From assembly GCA_051453625.1 (NCBI GenBank), contig JBOZIK010000001.1:2999880-3056397 (forward strand): DNA of 56,518 bases, given 5' to 3'. A program made the translations under genes and the position numbers. The stretch is from Welwitschia mirabilis. Its lineage: Eukaryota. Position 1 is the stretch's first letter. Every line of letters starts with the position of its first letter. The notes below the pieces were generated by a model. It was not told where the DNA came from, ran no database searches, and was given only the letters and a program-made list of their open reading frames with translations. Below are positions 49,097 to 56,518 of the stretch, piece after piece.

Positions 49097-49565
49097 CAGT
49101 GATTTTAAAAGGGTGACATGTCTCCAAAATTGGGCGAGATGTAGTGCAATAAACCTTCAGGGTTTATGTCTTTTACAGGCCAACATTTTCCCCTGACATT
49201 TTCAAAAAGTTGGTGACATCTAGCCATGAGTAAAAGTTTGCGACATGTCACAACTTAAACTCAAAATTCAAGCTCAATGGGTAAAAAGTAGAGAATTCAA
49301 AGAATCACAAAGGATATATTTGGGTCATTTACATGATAATTGGTTTCCAGCTCATTTATGCGCATTAAATGCTTTTCCCATTACTTCATTTTAGTTCTTT
49401 TTAGCTTATACTATTTACGAATATTATGAAGTTCTTAATTATCACTTTTTAAAACAATAATCATGACATTTTGCAATGACATTTGTTCCGACGTGATGAC
49501 ATGTCTCCTCGACACGACTTTTTCAGGCCACCGACGTAAATGAATTGCTGACATTTACATCATTG
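49097..49565. mobile_element. Non-autonomous hAT-type MITE (469 bp) in intron 1
   Basis: 8-bp TSD ACTAACAG (49089-49096) and ACTAATAG (49566-49573). Imperfect TIRs CAGTGATTTTAAA and TTTACATCATTG. Many subterminal (C/T)GACA(T/C) motifs, including GACATGTC palindromes. Confidence 0.8.
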
Positions 49566-50412
49566 ACTAATAGTTAGGTTATCCTGTTATATGTTTTGTT
49601 ACAGATTTCTTATAACAGGTTTGGCAATCAGTATCAGCTTGGCTGCGGCTTGCGACAAGTAGGCAAGCACCTTACTAGTTTTAATCAATTCACTAACCTA
49701 AAATGAGGTATTGACATTCTGTAAACCCTCAGCCAGCTAAAGAAATGACTATCAAAAGTCCGTAGTCAGAAGGGTGCTACTTTGCTCATGTGTCTGAAAT
49801 ATTAGCAAATGCCCTTCAAAAGTACATGGTATTCTTGGGTTTTTATTGGGGTTACACATGCTGAAATAAAGTAACTCTGCAAAATCATCAACAAAAAGAG
49901 CTCAAATTGCTATTTTCGTTTGCCTATTTTTATTATTGTCTGGATCCCTCTTTTTTAAAATACACCACTTTCTTCTTACTGTGGATAGGCATAATTGCAT
50001 ACTGGGATTTTATTATTTGTGTTTGGGTCTTCTCTTAGGAAAACTGTAAAATCATCTTGTGTCTTTTAACTTATCCTGTTCTAAAGAATTCTTGGGTGTA
50101 TGCCTCCTTGGAGGCATTCTCACAGCAGAATGATGCTCCCCTGACTTTGTGGTTGTGAGTTCGATTTAAAGTCTTTTAAATAAATAAATTATTAAAAAAA
50201 TTCAGGGGATCCATTTAAGCTACAAAAAAGGCATTTATTCTTAGAATTTTTATTGGTGATGATGCTTAGAGGCGATTTTTGATAACTACCTTCTAGAGAT
50301 TAATCTTTCTTTGGAATTCAATATGTGGTAATAATGTTTGCTTTCCTATCTGAATAATGTGCTATTGCACCTTGAGTTGTTTTTGAACTCTTTTTCTTTT
50401 TTCCTTCCTTAG

Positions 50413-50491
50413 TTGGAAGAGGACCTTTGCAGGGCCCATTGTATGCTCACTGAAGGTGATGTTGGAGATTTAATGCCGAGCAAGGTCCATG
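50413..50491 (+). CDS. TMEM120: TMEM120-like exon 2
   Basis: Polypyrimidine tract plus TAG acceptor. LEEDLCRAHCMLTEGDVGDLMPSKVH(G). Donor G|GTATGA (phase 1). Confidence 0.9.
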
Positions 50492-50592
50492 GTATGACTT
50501 GTCATTTGTTAGACTTTTCAAATTTATTTGTTTGAAAATTCTTTCCATTGTTTGGCTAACACAATTAATGAACTGTTGTTTGAGTTTCTTAG

Positions 50593-50687
50593 GTTCATTT
50601 CTTAAGTATTTTCTTGGGCCTGCCAATGTAAAGGCTTTACGAAATGATGTACGGCTAAAAGTCAAAGAGGAATATAACAGTTACAGG
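50593..50687 (+). CDS. TMEM120: TMEM120-like exon 3; remaining exons lie beyond the window
   Basis: TTAG acceptor. (G)SFLKYFLGPANVKALRNDVRLKVKEEYNSYR matches the family motif FLGPxNV...LKVKEEYNSYR. Donor AGG|GTAAGG (phase 0). Confidence 0.92.
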
Positions 50688-53600
50688 GTAAGGATATGTT
50701 CTTCATGTGCATTCGAACCTGCCTCAATTCATTTTCTCTTTTTGTACCTGTGTTGCTTGACGTCTAATTTTGGAAGTATCGAACCTTATTGTTTGTCAAG
50801 GAAGGCTTACTCCTTTGGCTGATATTAATAAGTCTTGAATATTTCCAGTTATAGAAACTCATTTGCATACTCACGTGCATACTGATTTGTGTGTATTTAT
50901 GCATCATAACCTATGCTGTGAAATTTCTATGTTTTGAAGAATTGTTTAAATACTTTACCAACTACTGTTGTATATGCCTTAGATACCATCTCAAATTATG
51001 CAGTCATAATAATGGAGTTGGAGTAGAACCTTACCTGCATGAGTTAGAACACATTTATGTTATGTAAGTGGCTACTATTGAAAAAATCAGTTTGCTTGGA
51101 ATAAGCTTTGTGATGCACAAATGTCTGTGTTCTCAGCTGCTTTGATATTTTCAAGGTGAAACATCACTCTTAGGGTGTCCGTCTTGCGAGTAAAGGTCAA
51201 GGTCAACTCCTGTGGAAGGAGTTTCTGTGTGCAAATTTTTCTTCAGTCAAAATGGATGGTATTTTGTCAACATGTTCAAGTAGCAGCGTGGATATGGGAG
51301 ATTTTAAGCACAAGGACATAATGGTCGTTGAATGCTGATTGAAGGTTTTCAATGGGTGTTGATTCACTTGGAATGTTTGTGTGGTTTTTGGATATTTGCT
51401 TTTGGGGGTCTACTGACAAACATAAAGCGATGATCCTCAGAAATGTCAAGGGAGGGGTGTCATGTTGATTCTAGAGGGTTTCATCTAGTTGGCTGGCAGT
51501 GAACCTGGTTGCTTAAAGGATAGACTGAGATAGAATGTGATAACAGTGGATCTCCTTATTGGATGAAGTTCGAAGGAATATTGCAAACAAATGGAAAATG
51601 CACTATCTATATTGGTCGCATTTTCAAATGTAACTAGCACACTTGAATGTGAATGTTTTGATCCTACTTATTTGCATTTGGAAAGTCCAGACAGAAAGGG
51701 TGATAGAAGATTGCACTAAACTGGGTCCTACTCATTGGAACTTGGCATTTTCGGTAGGTTCACTTATGTACGGCATGGTTATGTACTCTTCCAAACGTTG
51801 CATATGGTAAGATAAAATTTTTACGTTTCTAATGATATGGCATCATAATTTATGCATTGGAAACCCCACCCGTTTTGCACATTAGCATTGCCTCCTATTC
51901 AGTCATGAAACTCCCCTATCCCAACTTGAAATGATCAAAATTTTTAGATGTAGCCATTTTCTTGTCCTTGGCATGTCCAAGTCCCTTAGCATCAAAACCC
52001 CATTTGGATACCCAAATCAACTGACTTACCTTTAGATGCGAGTCATAAAGACCCTAATTTTAACATGTGATAAGTCCCATAAAGACCCTAAAATTGCATA
52101 TGAATATCCTAATAAACACTATATTTTAGAATTGGATGGCATCTTGACTATAGATCCATCATGTGAGCCTTCAAGTGTCCTTGCCTTAAACAAAATCTAG
52201 GCTACAAAACTCATCTTAACCTTTAAATCTCATCATATCCATTCATCGAAGAACCCTAAAACCTCGAGAGCAATCATTTTGTAAATATCTTGTATCTTTT
52301 GTGTTTAAAACGTGAAGGCAAGTTTACCAACAAAATAGCATTGCAAAAGCTTGGAGATTTAAGCGAGGGTTAGGCATTTTGGAGGAGATTTTTTTTATCA
52401 TAGGGAAAATTAAATATTTACTTGTGGTGTTAGAATCTGACGTTTACAAGGTATTGTACATTTGATTATTGGGGTAGCGTTAGCTCTATGTTTTTTTCCT
52501 CCTATTTGGTTGTGTTTGAATCAAAACATAACTAGTTGTTATTTGATTATCTGATTGTTTTTTTAAATACTAGTTAAATATTAAGGCGGGCTAGTGCATA
52601 GCGTAGTTGGTTCAAAGCTTTTGTATAAGTTGTGAGCTTGAATGATTTTCGTTCGATCCTATGATGTGTGGCTTAGTTTGTGGTTTTACCGATGTGCATA
52701 GGAGAGTTATTTCAACCAATTTGTTGGAAACATAATAGGAAAGAACATGTGGAGAGAAATTGCCTAGTGCTTATGCATGATGAGGATTCTTCCAACAAGG
52801 CCAAGTCTCCAGGAGAAAGTAGTGTTGTTCTGGAGGATGATCCTATCATGCCTTGATGCTTTTTGAGTGAAGTCAGTGTATTCTTCCTACATCATGACAT
52901 ATTGCTAATAGTTGTTATCTAGTGTTTTGTTCTTCACTTTGTTTTAAGTTTTTAGTGGGTAGAAGTTTATCTTCTACCATAGAAGTTTATAAAATAGCTG
53001 TATTAGATTTCTCTTAAAGAATGTTGAGATCTCATTAGGTTTAGTTCCATGCAACATCTGTGGAAGGCCCTTGTTGTAGTGCTAAAAAGAGTTTGCAAGG
53101 CCTTGGTTCTAATGCTTAAAAGAACCATTTGGTAGAGAGCTTTCAATTTGTTATGGTTGCAACCTAGATTTTCTTTACCATGATTTGACCTGATTTGGTC
53201 AGATTGGGCATGGATGCTTTAGCTGTGTTGACGGTTGTTTCAATGGGAGGTATCATGGCAGCGAGCTGTTATACAACAGTGGAGATTATATTAGTAATCT
53301 AGTTGCTGGATGGAGAAGGTAGATCTGTGTTCAAGTGGAAGATTGTGAGGGTTTGAAGCTAAATCTTATGTTAGAGTTTTAATGTAACGTTGTAAAGACA
53401 GATTAGTCTTTGGTCTTCCATTTATATGTTGCAATTAAATGTTGAAATATAAAACAAGGCTTATGAATAAATGGAGTAGAGATTTAGGTTTTTTTTGAAA
53501 GCTTTGCTTGGGTTAAAATCTTGAAGCTTATTTAAAGGTTTTGGATCCTTGCATGTAATATGTAGACAAGCTCATTTGCATGATTGGTAATAGAGCTCTT

Positions 53601-55316
53601 CCTTCTTTGATGGGTGTTTACCTTTCAAAGATTTTACCATGTACATCTGCGCGTCTTGTGGCTCTTATTATTTTTGGCTTTTTGTTGTTTTATGCTTTAT
53701 TGTTTTGTTTCTGTGTATAAACTCTGGTTTTTGATAACAATCCTTCCCACCTCTTCACCTTGTTTCACGTTACCACATGAAGACAAGGGTGATGTGCCAT
53801 AAATGAAGATCAATAACTTGTCAACATATTTAGCAAAAAAAAATAAAAATTATAAAACACTTAGAAAATTACAATAACTCATAGTTAGACCTCAAAACAA
53901 TGTTTGAATGCTCAGGTTTGTAAACTTTGTTTGGATATTTGAACTATCGAAGGGAAAAACCACACAAAGCATTAGATAACATTTGTAGCACCAGTAATCA
54001 AATTTACTCTACTTGGGTGTCTAGACAAACATTAGATGCTTGGGTATATCATATTACTTGTTTCAACAATCTTTGTCCTACCTCTTTAAGTTACATTTGG
54101 ATGCCTTGATGTTCAAACCATTATCACAACATCAAAATCATACATCATGTGGATGTCTCAACTTCATTTGGAGTTTTGGATGCCAAATCATCTAAACCCT
54201 TTACTACCTAAAAGTTTCTGTAATCAATGTCAATGTCATTCAAAAGAGATCCCAAGTTCAATTGGATAACTTAGTATCTAAACACATTCCTTCATCACAA
54301 ACTTTCAACACATTAGATGTCCAAACCACAGATTCAGATGCCTAGGTGATCCAATCCATAAAATGCTTTCTAATTAATTGACTTTACTTTATGCTATATT
54401 GGAATGACCAAGCATTCATTAGTAATCCACCTTGGCCTCCCATTGTGATTGGATCCTTGAATATTACATCACCTTCTGCCTTGCCTATCAACAATTTAGC
54501 CATATTGACTCTTGTTTATATCCTTTATGATAATCTAGATTTTCATACACAAATTTGTGATCTTGATAGCCCCACAACAGTCAGCACATCCTAAATATTA
54601 CGCTTACTCTGACAACTTGACCACACCTCTTATTTTCTCACCTTCAATTGAGAAATAGATGCCTACAACCGAAGCCTGATAATGCTTTATTTACCCCAAT
54701 CTGCCTATGATAAAGCTAATTGCATTGTTTAAATTAAACACTCATTCACACAATGAAAATTGAAACAAAAATACAACAAAGAAGTAAGGTAGTTGGTATT
54801 ACAAAAGTTGCATTAAATATCAACTATGACTTACCCTACCATTCTACCACCTTCTATGTCTATAACCTATAGCCATCATTTACCTTGTTAGTCACATTTG
54901 TTGCGAATACATCTTAAGTTACTGTTGTCCCATCCCCTTAACACTGAACAACCTCTAGTGTTGCATATTGATTCGTATGTCACAATATCAATTGGACACC
55001 TTGGCATCACAAGATAGTTTGGATGTCTTAGTATCCTAATTTCATTTGGTTGCTTTAACATTGTTTCCATTTACACCTCTAGTATCTACATTTCTCCATG
55101 ACTTTATCGAAATCATGCTTTAATTCATTGATTAAATGCCATAGAGTCCTAGTTTTGTTTGGATACTTTAGCCTCTTAGTTTCATGTGAATGTCATAGTG
55201 TACAAACTCCACTTAAGTCTTCAGTCGTTGCATTCCTTATCTTTGGCAATCTTAACTCTTAATGTTTTAATTCATCAATTGGTTGCCTTGATGTTCTAAC
55301 TCTGGTTGGAGACCTT

Positions 55317-55754
55317 TGTTACGAAAATACACAACAGCAAAGTGAATAAACGATGTAGCAAGAGAACACGGAGACACAAAGATTTATGTGGAAAACGCCA
55401 ATGAGGGGAGAAACTATGAGAAAGGAATGTAGAGCTCTATTATCTTCTTAAAGAGTACAAGCCAAGAACAAGCTTCAAGCCAACAATATGCTTCAAGCAA
55501 GAGTGCCTTACAGAACTCTATCAACTCTCTATCTTACAAACAAGCCTCACAATACCATTAAATAGGCCAAGGGTTACAAGCCAAAACCCTAAAGTGGGTA
55601 TCATCCCTCTCTTGACACATGTCCCATCTCTACATAATGCCCCCAAGGATGGTTTTAAAATAGAAACCTCCTTTTACAATATTAAATTGGGGCCAATGTA
55701 AAACATAACATTAGGGACATTACAAAATAATAAATTTGGCTTCATGTATCAACA
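55317..55754 (-). repeat. 3' LTR (438 bp) of an intronic copia element; PPT at 55755-55767
   Basis: TGTT...CAACA termini. Minus-strand PPT TCAAGTGGGAGAA directly adjacent. The ccattaaatagg at ~55555-55566 is a decayed TATA on the minus strand. Confidence 0.85.
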
Positions 55755-55831
55755 TTCTCCCACTTGAAGAAAAGTTTAGCACATCTTCAAGTGTAGCTTC
55801 AGAGATGCACTGCTTTCCAAGCTTACTCAGA

Positions 55832-56518
55832 TCACGTGTCCAGGTGTATGCCGTGACATTACCACTGATGTTTATCTCCAGTAACAGATTTGGTCAAGAA
55901 ATCTGCAAGATTCCTTTGTGTATGGATTTTGTGAACATCCAACTTCTTCTCCTCCAATGCTTCCTTAATGAAGTGGTACCTAACATCAATGTGCTTCGTT
56001 GGAGCATGATAAGCAACATTCTTTGCTCAATGATTGGCACTCTGACTATCACAATAAATCACATATTGTTGTTGTTTCAACTTAAACCGGTCCAATAAAT
56101 ATCTTAGCCCGATCATTTTTTTAATTGCCTCTGTCATAGCTATGTGCTCTACTTCCGTGGTTGCCAAAGGCATGTCTCTTTGCAAATGAGACATTCAACT
56201 AATAGGACCACTTCCGATCAAGAGAACATAACCAGTAGTGGACTTTCTTGTATCTTTACATTGAGCATAATTGGCATCCACATAACCAACAACATCCAAT
56301 CTCGTATGACCAAAACTCAGGCAAAAATTCTGTGTACCTTTCAAATAGTGCAAGATCCATTTTACAACTTCCTAATGCTTGGGGGGTTGGGGTTGCTAAT
56401 GAAACGTGAGACAACTCCCATTGCATATGAAATATCCGGTCTTGTGCAAACCATAGCATACATCAAGCTTTCAACAGCTGAAGCATAAGGAACCACTTCC
56501 ATTCTCTTGTTCTTATTC
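55832..56518 (-). mobile_element. Ty1/copia RT C-terminus and RNase H, antisense within TMEM120 intron 3; continues past the window
   Basis: VPYASAVESLMYAMVCTRPDISYAMGVVSRF, then CDSQSANH*AKNVAYHAPTKHIDVRYHFIKE...NLADFLTKSV. Few disabling changes. Confidence 0.93.

Noticed and set aside
55736..56488. Plus-strand 120-aa and 114-aa ORFs as TMEM120 exons or new genes
   Set aside because: They are the antisense shadow of copia RT/RNase H and carry no TMEM120 motifs.
1..56518. A novel multi-gene biological system
   Set aside because: All recognisable coding signal is explained by decayed retroelements and one conserved spliced gene. There is no intact unexplained long ORF.

Overview
AT-rich land-plant nuclear DNA from a gappy draft scaffold (11 N-runs). 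Positions 1-47,400 are a stack of old, decayed retroelements: an Athila-like Ty3/gypsy element (minus strand, with PBS and 5' LTR), several further Athila-type LTRs and accessory ORF remnants, a Ty1/copia pol, a near full-length Sirevirus/SIRE-like copia element with both LTRs (25209-32892), a lone Sirevirus-like LTR, a copia gag remnant and a LINE reverse transcriptase remnant. From about 47,900 there is one host gene, a TMEM120/TMPIT-like gene on the plus strand. Three coding exons are visible. Intron 1 carries a hAT-type MITE, and intron 3 carries a copia LTR element and runs past the window end. I found no convincing novel multi-gene system. The best leads are a possible in-frame upstream exon extending TMEM120, helically phased palindrome pairs in the Sirevirus LTRs, and accessory ORFs that appear to have their own promoters. 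Several apparent duplications sit on 100-N gaps and may be assembly artefacts. All family assignments come from motifs read by eye, with no database search.
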